Shown here: positions 25,246 to 38,323 of the stretch, one piece after another | Layout: each line of letters begins with the position of its first letter | Position numbering within the stretch: position 1 is the stretch's first letter | The notes under the pieces: model-generated | The model's database searches: none | What the model was told of the DNA's origin: nothing | What the model saw: only the letters and a program-made list of their open reading frames with translations | NCBI GenBank assembly: GCA_013239625.1 | Contig: MU054187.1 | Coordinates: 18,468,711-18,532,710, forward strand | DNA: 64,000 bases | DNA from: Lama guanicoe | Taxonomy: Eukaryota | Reading direction: 5' to 3' | Program-made: the position numbers and the translations under genes

Positions 25246-25283
25246 ACACACACACACACACACACACACATACACACACACAC
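25246..25283 (+). repeat. (AC)n microsatellite with one interruption
   Basis: Read directly. Confidence 0.95.
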
Positions 25284-25789
25284 GCCCGCGGGCACACTCA
25301 TACCCGCATCAGGTTATGTAATGATGCCAAGACAGACAAGGAAGGGAAGTTAAGATTAACAGCAAGGAGAATGGTGACGATTATAACCAGCTCAGCACGT
25401 TGTATTTACACAGCGTCTTCCTCCAAGAACCGCAGAGCTCTGCACAGGTATCATCTCGCTAATCCTCAGCGGGGCTTTCTGAAAGCGGCTTTATCCGGGC
25501 TCACTCAGCGGAGAAAGTGAGGCACCGCGAGGAGAGGGGGTGAAGTCTGCGGTAAAGCTGGAAACCTAACCCCAGGCTCCTGACCTGCCGGCCATTGTCC
25601 TGCCCCCTCCCCCCGGCCACCTTCCTGTCAGGTATCTGGTAAACAGGTTAACTGATCGGGTGATTAGGGTGCCTCCGGCCTACGTGCAGTCCGGCAGGAC
25701 TGGCGGAATGCAGCTTATCCTTACTAATATGTCAGCTTTCGGTACAAATCAATGAAGCTAGAGATTCACATATTGTCTCTTAACTGGAG

Positions 25790-26680
25790 AAGCCTGACTG
25801 CCCAAACGCGATCTGAGCACAGCCACCCGGAAGCCGAGCGCTGGCCGGGAACCAGTCGGCCCAGCGAGGTCGTGGGGTGCAGCGCCCGCCTCCGGGGACC
25901 GCTGAGTGCGAGCCCGGGGACCAGGGGCCGGGCGAAACTGAAAACCAAGCCTCATTTGTTAATTTTTTTTTTCTGTATTCTCAAATGCCACGGGCACATT
26001 CCTTAAAAAAAAAAAAAAGAGCGAAAGGAAAGGAGAAAGGTCCTGAGAAATGATGCGCGCTTGAACTGCGGGGCGGGAGGGGACAAGCATCCTTTGGCGG
26101 CGCGGCCCGGGGTCGGCGCGCGGGCGGTCGGGGGCTGCCGCGGCGGGGCCCGCGCTTTCCCATGGCGTCAGGGGTGACAGGGTGACGACTCCGGCATTGT
26201 GGTGGCGGTTTTTCACACCAGAATCCCCGCTCCCGGCAGCTCCCTGGAAGGGCTCCCCCTCCCCCGCAGCGCCGGGCGCCCGCGCCCGCCCGGCTCAGCC
26301 CGCCGCCGAGCAGACGGCGCGCCGCGGTAATTGGGCACAGGGGCCTTTTTCAGAGCCGCTCAGTCGGTAAATGAAACGTCAGCTCCCCTGTGATCCCGCG
26401 TGTGTGGGGCGGCGGCGGCTGCCGAGCCGGGGCGCGGGGCCGGCCGGCAGCCGCTGCTCTTTCACAGCCCCGAGCCCTGCGCAGTCCCCAGCGGCTGGCA
26501 GCCTCCGATCCCCGCCCGGGGCTCCCTCTGGGCCTCGGCCCCCTTCCTGGAACTCCCACTGGGCCTTTGATCCCCTCCTGGGGCTCCCCCGTGGCCTCCG
26601 TCCCCATGCCGGGACTCCCCCTGGGCCTCAGGTCTCCTCCTGGGGCGCCCTGAGGGCTCCTGGCCCACACCAGACGCCCC
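25790..26680. promoter_or_regulatory. Orphan CpG island (no associated coding exon seen)
   Basis: Very GC- and CpG-dense tract (e.g. gcggcgcggcccggggtcggcgcgcgggcggtcgg) in an otherwise CpG-depleted window, split by poly(T)/poly(A) runs at ~25960-26020. Confidence 0.85.
26501..26660. repeat. Degenerate GC-rich minisatellite, 5 units of 31 bp
   Basis: 'gcct' recurs at 26501, 26532, 26563, 26594 and 26625 (exact 31-bp spacing), and the units share C-run/ggg/ctccc motifs. Confidence 0.75.
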
Positions 26681-27759
26681 TGCAACCTCTTAACCTGGTG
26701 CAACTCTTCTGAAACCCAGAGGCCAGGATGAAACCCTGGGGACAACCCGACTTTGCCGTCTGGATAACAGACTTTGAGAGAGAACTAAGTTCATTTTGGC
26801 TGAGTATTAGCAACTCTCTTTTATTTAATGTGTACCTAAAGGGGGAATTTTCACCCAATTCCTGTACCCCTGCCTTTAAAGTCATTTCATTTGAAACCAA
26901 GCATGAGCTCACAATGATCAACTCAAGCCCGCCCTGGCCTAGACTAAACTGCTCCCCGTTGAAGGATTAGTAAATTGCCAAACATTTCAGTCTATCCCGC
27001 TGCAGCCACTGAAAAACGGCTTCTTTCACCATCGCCTTCATTCTGCTTCGGAGAAAGGGAGCTTGAGCTCCTGGGAAGGATGGGAGGTCCTCACCCCTCT
27101 CAGCATCACTCACTCTTGGGGGCTAAAGGGGTCACCACTAATTGCTGTGTGATATCTGGACTTTCTAACGTGCGATGACCTCGGGAACAGGGTACAGCTG
27201 GTAGGCCTGAGTGACCCACTGCTCCCTACTAGAGGGGCCACAGACATGGCACCACCTCTTAACAAGGTCAGAGCAGCACCAATTACTTGGTACCTACTGT
27301 GTGTGTTTATTATTATCTTATTTACTCCTCACAACTCTCTATTTCATGGATGGTCACACAAGCTTCTGGAGCTTCAGAAAGTTGCCCAAACTGCACAGCC
27401 AGTAAGGGTCAGGTCTGACCAACTCCATCATAATGGTTCCACAGTCTTGGGCGAGAGAGAGTAGGATCAATATTGCTTGTGGTAAAGCAGCAGAAAGGAT
27501 GCGAGGGGAGGGAGGAAGGGAGAGGCATCTGGCTTTATATTAGGTACTAGTTACAAAGCTCAGCATCAGAAGCAGCGTTCACATTCTCACTGAAGGGACC
27601 CAGCATTAGCTTTGCCTCCTAAGGGGTTTCCTCAAAGGCTTGAGATTTTCACTGGCATCAGAGGTGCCTCTTCCTTAAAGGTTCAGCAGGGAAGATTCCC
27701 AGCTTTCATTCCTCGCCCGACTCAGATAAGCTAGTGAGCTGTGAGCATGAAACTAGTGG

Positions 27760-28125
27760 TGTGAGTTTACTCAGCCCAGCAGAACAGAACTCCACAGGCT
27801 GGGTAGCTTACACAACAGGAATTTATTTTCTCACAGTTCTGGAGGCTGGAAGTCCAAGACAGGGATGCCAGCAGGGCAGTGTCCTGGGGAGAGCTTTCTT
27901 CCTGGCTTGGTGATAGCCACCTTCTTATTATGTCCTTATGTGGTGGCGAAAGAGAAAGAGAGAGAAAGAGAGAGGGCTCCCTTTTCCTCTTGTTATGAGG
28001 CTGAAGTCCTGTCCCCCACCCTTAGGACCTCAGTTAATCTTAATTACTTCCTAAAGACCCTCTCTCCTTGATACACTCACATTGGGGGTTAGGGCTTCAA
28101 CATATAAGTTTAGGGGTGTCCATAG
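27760..28125 (-). mobile_element. MaLR LTR (MLT1A-C-like)
   Basis: 'aatttattttctcacagttctggaggctggaagtccaaga...cacattgggggttagggcttcaacatat'. Confidence 0.8.
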
Positions 28126-28169
28126 TGCACCAGTGAGTCAGCACAGTTCCAGAATTCAAAGCCATGCTA

Positions 28170-28470
28170 CCAAACTTCCAGTTACAAGCTAAGTAGGTAC
28201 TAGGGATGTCAGGTACAACATGGTGACTATGGTTAACCCTGCCAGATGACAGATACGAAAATTGCTAAGACAGGAGATCCTAAGAGTTCTCATCACAAGG
28301 AAAAAAAGATTTTTCATTTTTTCTTTATTGTATCTATTACAATATTAAGTAAACTTATATTAACTAAACTTACTGTGGTTGACCATTTCATGTTGTATCC
28401 GAGTCAAACCATTATGCTGTACACCTTAAACTTAGACAGTGATGTGTGTATGTATCTTAATTAGACTGGG
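28170..28470 (+). mobile_element. L1MA-like 3' end
   Basis: 'aaacttccagttacaag...gtacaacatggtgactatggttaac...agttctcatcacaaggaaaaa...tgtacaccttaaactta'. Confidence 0.75.
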
Positions 28471-30039
28471 GGAGAGGGGAAAGTGTGATACCTTCAACAG
28501 TAACAAACTCTTAGCTTAGATATACTGGTTAATGCATTGATATTAATGGAAATGGAGTAGGAGTGAAAAGGAGAGAATAAAAGTGATGCCCTTGTTGCTG
28601 CCATAGAATAGTTTTACATTTTAGAAGGCATGACTTGTTGTTCATTATTTGGCACATACCATAAAGTGATGCTTAAAGCCATCTTCAGAGTCTGATACCA
28701 TGAGACCTTCTTCAGGATGGAAGTACTGTATTACAATGCCTCTGACACTTCAAAAATTTAGACTCCTTTTCAGGAAAGTCAAATAATCTTCATTATATAG
28801 AGCATCACATTTAAGAAGGTTTCTCTTGTAACTAGAAAGCAACTCATACAAACTTTTTTTTTTACAAAGCTGGAATCATTTCTTTAATAGAGCAATTTTG
28901 GTTCAAGCTAATGTGTCAGTGGAATGCCATTTTGGTATAATTTTCATTTGTTTAAAAAAACAAGTCCAGGGAGGCCAGATTGATCAGGAACTGCTTATGT
29001 TTCTCCACATGTGAAAGAAGAATCCTGCTAAGAAGGCTTGTCGTGGTCAAGCACGTGGCTGGCAGAAGCAATGATTTCCTGTTTGCTCTCTAACGATATT
29101 TCTGTAGGTTGGGTTGATTGTGGTAAAGAGCTAGGAACTAATGGCTGCCACATTCTAATAAAATTCCTCTCCGACCTCAATGCTTGGAAAAGAAAAATGG
29201 TGCCTGGGACCCAGAAAGACCAAGCATGACAAGAAATGGCAGCTATAGCACTGGCTTAAAGAAGAGCCTCCTTCTGCCAGTAAATCCTTCAGTCATTTAC
29301 ATCTCAGTGTGAATTTGTTTTCCTCTTAAGTGATGGATGGAATCAATACATTTTTTCCCCACAGTTTAATCTTTTTACAAATCACTATTTGTTTTAAAGT
29401 AGAGAGTATTTCTTTCCATGATCCCCAGCCCCTCTGAAAATCTGTCATTAGATCACTGGAAGCTTTGATGGGACAAAGCAAGAGGTGAAAATAGGGATAA
29501 TTCTAGCTGATTATGCCTGACGTCCTGGATGGCAAGCCAAGGGGTGGGATGGGTAATTGATGGCAAGAGGATTAGGGCTTCAAAACTTAACTACTGAAGG
29601 CACTTTACTGCCCAGTGGGAAGGGGAAATACGATTTAAACAGATGGATAAGGAGCACAGAAAGGGAATTGGAGACCAGACTTAATGCGCTTTATGGTTTA
29701 ACTAGATTAGGTCCTGGGCATGTGCAGAACTATCACACACCAACCCTGAGACATGGCCCACTCTTGGTAAGAAGGTTCACACGAACCATCACAGACCTTG
29801 TATTAAGTCAGAAATAGAACCTACTAAACTGCTATCTATGATTGAGACAAGTATTGCTCAGAAATAATTCAAGCACAGCATCCTAAACTGTAACAATTCA
29901 ACTTTCCTAGGTTCCTGGGTTATCTGCACCCCTGGGTTTATACGTTATCTTTTGTTTCAACAGATAGGTCTTATTCAGCCACATTTCCTGGAAAACTTAG
30001 GGCTCCATTTCTTGACCAACAACAACAGAGTAATCAGTT

Positions 30040-30450
30040 AAATTTTTTTATTATGGTAAAATATAATATCATAACATTTAACATTTTAACTATTTTTAAG
30101 TATACAGTTGAGTATCATTAAGTACATTGCGTGCAACCATCACCACTGTCCATCTCCAGGACATTTTCATCCTCCCAAACTGAAACTCCACCCATTAGAC
30201 AACAGCCCCTCACGCTCCCCTCACCCCGGCGCTGGTAACCACTGTTTACGCTCTGTCTATGTATTTGACCAGGAACCTCATGTAAGTGGAGTCACACAAG
30301 CCTTGTCCTTTTGTGTCTGGCTTATTTCACTTAGCAGAGTGATTGCAACTTCATCCATGTTGTAGCAAGTGTCAGAATTTCATTCCTTTTAAAGGCTGAA
30401 TGACATTCCGTTGTATATATAAACCACATTTGGTTTATCCACTCATTCAG
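30040..30450 (-). mobile_element. L1MB-like 3' end, antisense
   Basis: 'aacatttaacattttaactatttttaagtatacag...gtgcaaccatcaccact...tgtctggcttatttcacttagca'. Confidence 0.8.
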
Positions 30451-30561
30451 AGATAGAAGGAACCCATTTTTAACAAGCATGCCAGTACTAACGTGGAAAA
30501 ATGACACTGCCTTTCAGATTAGAGAACTCGGAAACTTATACACTTACTCAGCAATGACTGT

Positions 30562-30955
30562 TGTTAGAGGCTAAATTGTGTCTTCCCAGAATTCGTATGC
30601 TGAAGCCCTAACCTGGAGTACCTCAGAATGTGATTGATGCAGATAGGGCCTTAAGAGGTGATTAAGTTAAAAGGAGGCTGTTAGGGTGGGTCCTAATCTA
30701 ATCTGACTAGTGTCCTTAGAAGAAGAAATCTGGACACAAAGATACAGCAGGTAGGCGTGCACAGAGGAAAGATGACGCGAGGACACTGCAGGAAGGTGAC
30801 CATCTACAAGGCGAGGAGAGAGGCCTCAGGAGGGCTCCCTAGACCTGCCGACACCTTGATCTTGGACTTCCAGCCTTAGGCAAGAAAATAAATTTCCGTT
30901 ATTTAAGCCAGCCAGTCTGTATTATTTTGTTAATCGCAGCCCTAGTAAACTTGTT
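30562..30955 (+). mobile_element. MaLR LTR (MLT1A/B-like)
   Basis: 'tgttagaggctaaattgtgtc...tgaagccctaacc...cctgccgacaccttgatcttggacttccagcct...aataaatttc...gcagccctag'. Confidence 0.85.
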
Positions 30956-31049
30956 ACAAAAATACATTTGCGGTACTTTTGTGGAATTGCCTCAGAATTA
31001 GTTTAAGTCATGCACCAAAACCAGCCTTGTTATTTTATGATCACAAACA

Positions 31050-31360
31050 ATATTACTCAGCTTAATCACTAGCTTTTTCCCATCATATTTGGCTTTAAAT
31101 GGCTTTTGACTCTTTAACAAAAAAATTAAATCCTCTCTTAAAGGATAAAATGCCTTCCACTGAGGGTATTCAAAAGAAAACTGTGCCAACTTTTGAAGGC
31201 AATTTTGAAAGGAAATTGCTTTGAGCAATAGTGACAGAGTTGAAATGAGTATTTTGTCTACCATGGAAACTTGCATTGAAAGATATAACACTCATTAAGA
31301 TTTGTATGCTCTGTTATATTTGCTAAAGAATCTATCGTTTGACTTTATATTCCTGCCTCT
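31050..31360 (+). mobile_element. MARNA-like mariner-derived DNA transposon remnant
   Basis: 'aaattaaatcctctcttaaaggata...ctgagggtattcaaaagaa...tgaaggcaatt...tttgagcaat...tgaaagatataacactcatt' matches the recalled MARNA 3' half. Confidence 0.65.
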
Positions 31361-33298
31361 TCTGTCTAAATATAATGCATTTGTATTTGGAACTTGCCTC
31401 ACACTTTTTTTTTTTCCTCCAAAAGCTCAAGCTCTTCAAAGAGCTCCATGATCTGACTCTTAAACCAAAGCTTCAGAGCCTTCTGCTTTCTTAATCCGCA
31501 GCTGGACTGCTTTGATACTGTGGTCAAAAGGATCAGGTCTCAATGGGGCTCAGTTCAGCAGCGAGCCCCAGCCCCACCCTCTCTCCCTGCCCTCAGAAGG
31601 AGCAAGTGAAGGTGGGGGCCATGATGAAAACACTGGGCAATATGGAAGAGAGAACAAGTTCAGGGAAATCAAGCTTTTGTGCTGCGGGGGAAAATAACTT
31701 GAGTTGAAATTGGGGAACTTGAGACATTACATGCACTTAGATTGGTGGCAACTTAACATTTGCCAAGCACTTTCCAAAAAGCTTTCAATTACATTGTCTC
31801 GTAAAGTGATTTCACCAGGAAAGAGGAGTTTGGAAATAGGAATCATGGTCACTGTCATTACTGCATCAATCTCTGACTTTATCAAGGGTCCCTGTCTGCA
31901 AACATCCCATTGGAAAATTTTCAAAAATGACTCCAACTAAGAATCCTATTTATCTTCCTTAAAAAACTGAGTCCTGGTTCTCACTGGGCTGAGCTCCTTG
32001 AAGGGAAGGATGAAGATGCCTTCGTCAGCTTCCCAGTTCACCTCGATGTTGGGCACTTAGTGGCAACTCCATAAATGTTGAGTGAATGACCTACAGCCCT
32101 TCACCAAGTTTTCAGTTTCTGTAATTCCAAAGTCCACTATCCTCCACTGTGGTCCCCATTTCTGTCCCATTACCACTTGATTGTCTCTCATTTTGGAATC
32201 TTCATACTGAAGTCCAAATTTATAGTTAAAATTTTGCTCATGGCTAGAATAGCTGTGAGCTTCATCACAGCTCTGATTTGACTTTGTAAGGTGGGTTGGG
32301 GCTATGAAAATCAAGTGAGTGCTATATAAGCCTGGGTCTGAGTCTGCTGGAAATGGACTCGGACAGATGCTCTGTCCTCCTTTTGTTGATCATCTCTCAG
32401 GCAGGTAAAGAATGGTGTCATAGCTAAAGGAACCTGATCATTAGAGTTCCCTTAATTTTTGAAGTCAATTGGCTTTAAGGTAGTCCCTCAGACTTCAGAT
32501 GGTTCCTAAAATTAGGTTATTGCAAAAGAACTCTTTTGGTTTAAGAAAAAAAATCCTAGTGCATGATGACAATTCTTTTCATGGAAAAGAGACAAATGGA
32601 CCAAAACATCTGCTAAAGGACTCGCCATTGTCTCTCGTTGTCTTGGAGCTCCATGGCTGGTGTCAGAGATTGAAAGAAGTCATTTTGCTGTTATTCCCAA
32701 ATATGCATATACAAAATAATGGTATGTGGGCAGAGACCAAGAAGGATACCCGCCTCCCACCGCACCACTCCCAGTGAAAGAAGTCTCCTTATCCTTAGGA
32801 AATGTCTTCCCGGGGAGCCCTCGCTCTTCCAGCAGACCCCCTGCAGGCTGGCCGGGGCAGCGCTCCCTTTGTGGACACCAGAGCCCTAAGCAGCCTCTTA
32901 ACTGTGCCTGAACTTGGCGATCACGCCTATTGAGAATGAGCTCTCTCTCTTTTTCGAGGACCAGGGAACGCAAAGGCACAATGTACCTTTTTTCCTCAGG
33001 AGCTATTTTATTCCTCATTAATGCCAAGAGAAGGGGCTTCTAAGGGCCCTTGACATGTAAATGTCTAGTTAGGAAATTTTCAAAGCTGACATCATCTAAA
33101 ATGCTCAATTTTTTCTAAAGCGAAGAAAAACACAAATTTATCGTTCTACTGCTAAAGAAGTTCTACAATAAAATAAGCGTCTTATTGGTACATTCCATTC
33201 AAGGTAGGCTACACTGCCGCTCTCATCCATTAAGTCAAATGTTCACATTCTCATTTAGAGCAGCCCTGAGGGCGTGTGGTATTTATTCACACTCTCCT

Positions 33299-34330
33299 TG
33301 TCTTAGCTTGGGTTTCTGTGAAGGAAGAGCCTGGCATCAGGGATTATGTGCAGACAGATCACCTGGGAGGAGCAGGAGAGAGAGATCAGGGATCGTAAGA
33401 CAAGAAAGGAGGGGAACACACAACTGTGGGAAACAAGGGCTTGATTCTTCTCAGGGACCACCCGAGAAACCCACTTAATGCCTTCCAGAATTGTCCTCTT
33501 GAAAGATAGGAAACAGTTCCTCGTATCCATCAGCTCCCATCGCATTAGTCAAAGATCATCCTCAGGAGTGTTAACTTTTTGATCTGTGCATGTGATTGGG
33601 CCAAGCCAACGTTCATGTGTATCTGTGGTGCCACAGGGTAGAAAGAAAAATGTGTGATATAGGATCCATTGCTGCATTATAGATAAACCCCAGAGTTAGT
33701 GGCTTAAAACCACAATGAGTATTTCACAGTTTCTGTGAGTCAGGAAAACAGAAGGAGCTGGGTAATTCTTGCTCAGTCAGGGTCACTCCAGATGCTGCGG
33801 TCAAGATGTCGACCCAGGCTTCTGTCATCATAAGGCTTACTGAGGGCTGGGAAGGTGCCTCTAAGATGGCTTGCTCACATGGCTGATGGCAGAAGACCTC
33901 AGCCCCTCACCGGCTGTCGGCAGTAGGCTTTATTTTCTCATCACATGGGTCTCTCTGAAGGGCTGCCTGAGTGTCCTTGCAGCATGGCAGCTAGCTTCTC
34001 CCAGAATGAGAGTCCCAAGAGAAAGAGCAAGGGACAAGCTACAATGTCTTTTATGATCTAGCCAATGGTATCTACGTTACTGGTCACACGGACCAATCCT
34101 GATACAGTGTGGAAAGGGACTGTACAAGAATGGGAATACCAGAAAGTGGAGGTAATCAAGGGCCATCATATAAGCTGGCTGTCACATGTGGGTATGTGCT
34201 GAAGGGGCACCATCAGCACACAATGTACCAAAACCTACACAAAATTGTCTACCCCAACCACGGCTGAGATAACACATGAGATCATGAGGATGTAAGTCGT
34301 GGTGCTCCAGGTGCCTACTAGTTCCTTCAT
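33299..34330. mobile_element. Old ERVL-type LTR with a nested MLT1-like LTR (~33655-34190)
   Basis: LTR-like start 'tgtcttagcttgggtttc...'. The inner segment 'cattgctgc...ttagtggcttaaaac...tcacagtttctgtgagtcaggaa...ggcagctagcttctccagaatgag' is typical of MLT1. Confidence 0.55.
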
Positions 34331-34889
34331 GACTTTCATCACTCAGACCCAATCATTTCCTTGGCTCCTCAAGTTCAGTGTAGGAGGATGTTCAATTCAA
34401 CAAAGGTTTCAAAAAATACTGATGGGCAAAGCTAATCTAGAGTTCTATAATACCAATGCAACAGGTGATCTGAAAATGGTAGGCATCCTGGATTGACTCT
34501 ATCACTCAGAAAGTTTATTTCTTGGTTTTCTTTCACTCCCAAACTACAGCAGACAGGCTACAGAAGCCAACACATGCCTGTCTGCCTTTAATAGGGGAGT
34601 GGAACAGATCCAATGCCCCAGTTTTAGGGAACAGGACAAAACACAACCCTAAGGGAAACATATCTGTGTTAAACACAAATGTTAATGGAATGATTCATCA
34701 GAGAAGATTCATTTTGGTTGAAGTCCAGTTAATACTGCAACAGACTCATTCGGACTGTTGGGGGTCATAGAGGATGATGAATGTATGCCCCAAAGTCATA
34801 ATTTATTGAAACATATGTGACAAATTTTGCATGAGCGTAGAAAAAAGCATTTTCACCTACAGAGTAGGCTAAAAAAAAAACAACCCATA

Positions 34890-35295
34890 GGTTGCAAAGA
34901 CAACTAATTGTCCACCCAACTTCCACCTTCCCCTTTTTCTTTAATTACAGAACCCCATTTTGATGACCAGCTTAAAAATGCTGTCTTCTCTGGCAACTTG
35001 AAGTGGCCACATGACACTCTTCTGACCAATAAAATTAATGTGTAGTGTATTGTGCTGATGAGTTCCAAGGTTTTGCTTTCCTGATATACATATCACTCCT
35101 GTCCTAGCTTGGAAAGTAGAGAGAGTGACTGCAGCTGGAGCCCAAGCAGCCACCATGCAGTCATGAGGAAAAGGCCAAGGATCACAGAGACCTTGAGCCA
35201 CCAAACAACCAGCCACTGAGAACAAGAAACCTCCCTATGATTTAGCTTGTTGTTGGCTTTTCTCTTACATCCGGTTCAACTGAATCTGTAATGAA
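34890..35295 (+). mobile_element. Old MaLR LTR (MLT1-like)
   Basis: 'gtggccacatgacact...ctgaccaat', 'ctggagcccaagcagccaccatgcagtcatgagg'. Confidence 0.55.
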
Positions 35296-36157
35296 TATAG
35301 TTCACATGAATATTTTTCAATCATCCCTCAACCAAGGGGTAATTTTACTGCATTAATTTTTTAAATTTCACATTTTTCTTTATCTTCAAAGAAGCAGTTT
35401 CAAAATTGTCAGGTTTGTAAAACCATCATTGTTGATTTTCTTCTGAGAGAATACTTGCCCCTCGATAGTCCCCACACTTCTGCCCACTAGCATCTCTTCA
35501 GCTGGCTGAGCTCTGGCACATCCTTGGGTCTTCAAATATGTGCCAAGCCCCCACATCTCTTCACTGAGGCTTCTCCTGACTCCTCCAATCTAAACCAAGT
35601 TACCAAGTTACATTTCCATGCAAACTGAACTTCTTCTTTCTGAAGCCTACCGTATTTCTGCTTATATATTTATTTTGGGAGTATGTCTACAATCTGTTTT
35701 CCCACTGAAGTTCAGCTCCAGGAGGCCAGGGCTGTGCTGGCTTTGCTCATCCCTGTGTCCTTGGTCTCCACCGTAGTGGTGGGTGAAATTTGTGGGTCAC
35801 ACTGTCTTTCAAGGAAACTCTGGGAAGTCCAAGTGTTGTGCTCTGGTTCCAAGTATGAAGAAAACTTAGACACTGTCAGAGATGATCCTCAACCTGGATT
35901 CTGCTCACTGAGATGTTTGAGCTTTTCTACTTGTTTCTCATTGTTGATTACTCCTCACTGAAAGCCCCTTGGGAGCAGGGATGCTCCCAGGAATGGGGAC
36001 CTCCACCATGCAGTCCAGGCGGGTTTCCATGAGGTCCAGCCGATCAATCCAGTTTCCAGAGTAACAGACCAGGTTCTAATCCCTCTTAGTCTTATTAAAT
36101 GGGGGGGGGGAATGCTGCTAATTGTCCAAAGTTAGAGACAGGACCCTCTAAATGCTT

Positions 36158-36159
<2 letters not shown>

Positions 36160-36195
<36 letters not shown>
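36160..36195 (+). repeat. (GT)18 microsatellite
   Basis: Perfect dinucleotide run read directly. Confidence 0.95.
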
Positions 36196-36198
<3 letters not shown>

Positions 36199-37377
36199 AA
36201 AGGGCTGCATTTTGAAGAGGTAAATACAGACTGGAAAATTTCTGTTTACACTCTGGTGGCAGAACAGTCATCTGGAGAGCATTTAACTATGGTGATACTT
36301 TGCTCCCAGTAAAGATTTGTTTGTTACAATGTGGTACAGAGTCATCTGGCTTTTTGGAGAGGTGCCATTCTCCTTCTGGGTTCTATACAAAATGGAAGGC
36401 AAGATTTCAAGATAAGCTATTTTGAGGATATTAAAACATGTGCAAACCAAAGTGAAAAACTGGAAAGGAATCCAACAAGTCATAAGAAAACCTGAAAATC
36501 GAACACTGGCTTGGAAAATATATTACCATTTGCTGCTTCTTCTATTTGTTTCTTTTAAGCACCTATTACAATGGAAATGCCCAAAGGTGAGTCCTACCTA
36601 CCTGGAAGGCTAGTTAACCCAGACTGAGGCTTGAATGATGGGGAGGCAGGAAGGGACGGTAAGAGAGGTGAGGAGGGAGAGGTTGGCTGGAAGCTGCATT
36701 CCCAGGCAGAGGCTACACACCATGGCGCTGAGCGGTTGTAGTTACAGCAGGTCAGCGGGAGATAAGGGTTCTGGGATATTTGGGTGCTTATATACCTAGA
36801 TTACTCAGGTTCCAAAGGAACCAAGGTGAAGAATTTCTATTAAATAGATTACATCTCAGCAGTAATTTAATTCAAGGTAGTAATTTTATAAGTTGCTCAT
36901 TTCCTACTGGAATTAGGATATAAATCCTAAAAAAATTTAATATTTCAAATTACTAAAAATTCATTTAAAAGCAGACTATACAAGGAGGGGTACAAATCAA
37001 CTTACCAATCCTTTAGTATTTGACAGACACCTGCTTGAAGAGGGAAAATACGCTATTACTGAGGTTTTTAATGTAACCTCAATACATTAAGAGTACTGTC
37101 AGAAAATAACATTTTTAAAATTGATAATACTTTTCAGTGCCTTGTAGGCAGCAGGAACTTTTGAAAGGTAATTTATCCACTGCAGGGGAGACATATCATA
37201 AAGAATTGGCCAGAAAATATCAAACACATAGAATTAATAAAATCTCAGGGAGAGAACTATGTGCTTTCGTATGTTCTATGTCACTAAAACAAGGGGAATA
37301 GGCTTAAATCGAAAGAGGAGGTGTTGCCTTTACCAGAGACAGAAATATTATGTTTGAATGTTATTCCACTGAAAAAA

Positions 37378-38323
37378 ATTTTTTAATTAAAAAATGTTTT
37401 AATACAATTTTGAAAGGTTACTTCCCATTTACAGTCATTACAAAATATTGGCTATATTCCCTGTGTTAAACAATACATCCTTGAGCCTGTCTTGCACCCA
37501 GTAGTTTGTACCCCCCACAGCCCCATCCCTGTATCACCTCCCCCCTCCCCTCTCCCTACTGGTACCCAGTAGTTTGTTCTCTGTATGTGAGTCTGCTTCT
37601 TTTTTGTTGTTATATTCACTAGTTTGTTGTTTCTTTAGATTCCACATATAAATGATATCATACAGTATGATTTTGTCTTTGAATGACTTATTTCACTTAG
37701 CATAATGTCTTCCAAGTCCAAGTCCATCCATGTTGCTGCAAATGGTAGGACTTCATTCTTTTTATGGCTGAGTAGCATTCCATTATGTACATACATGTAT
37801 GTCTCACATCTTCTTTATCCATTCATTTGTTGATGGACACTTAGGTTGCTTCCATATCTTGGCAATTGTACATAATGCTTCTGTGAACACTGGGATGCAT
37901 GTATCTTTTCAAAGTAGTGCTATTGTTTTTTAGATAAATACCCAGGAGTGGAATTGCTAGGTCATACGGTAGTTTCATTTTTAGTTTTCTGAGAAACATT
38001 CATATGTTTCCCATAGTGACTGCACCAATTTACATTCCCACCAATATACAAGGATTCCCTTTTCTCCACATCCTCACCGACATTTGTTATTTGTGTTCTT
38101 TTTGATGATAGCCATTCTGACAGGTGTGCGATGGTATCTCAATGTGGTTTTGATTTGCACCCCCCTGATGATAGCAATGTTGAGCATCTTTTCATGTGCC
38201 TGTTGGCCATCTGCATCTCCTCTTTGTAAAAACGTCTCTTCAGTTCTTCTGCCCATTTTTTAATTGAGTTGTGAGTATCTAACAAATATATAAACAGCTC
38301 ATACAACTCAACATCAAAACCAA
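37378..38323 (-). mobile_element. L1, antisense, with a 5' inversion (38273-38323)
   Basis: Antisense ORF2 end and 3' UTR to 38272, then a ~50-bp sense fragment 'aaatatataaacagctcatacaactcaacatcaaaaccaa'. Confidence 0.85.

Noticed and set aside
26501..26660. CRISPR-like interpretation of the regularly spaced repeats
   Set aside because: The units are contiguous and degenerate with no unique spacers, there are no cas genes, and the context is mammalian.
25752..26970. Cluster of overlapping ORFs on both strands
   Set aside because: Expected from stop-codon scarcity in a GC-rich island. The products are P/G/R/A-rich with no recognisable domain or exon structure.
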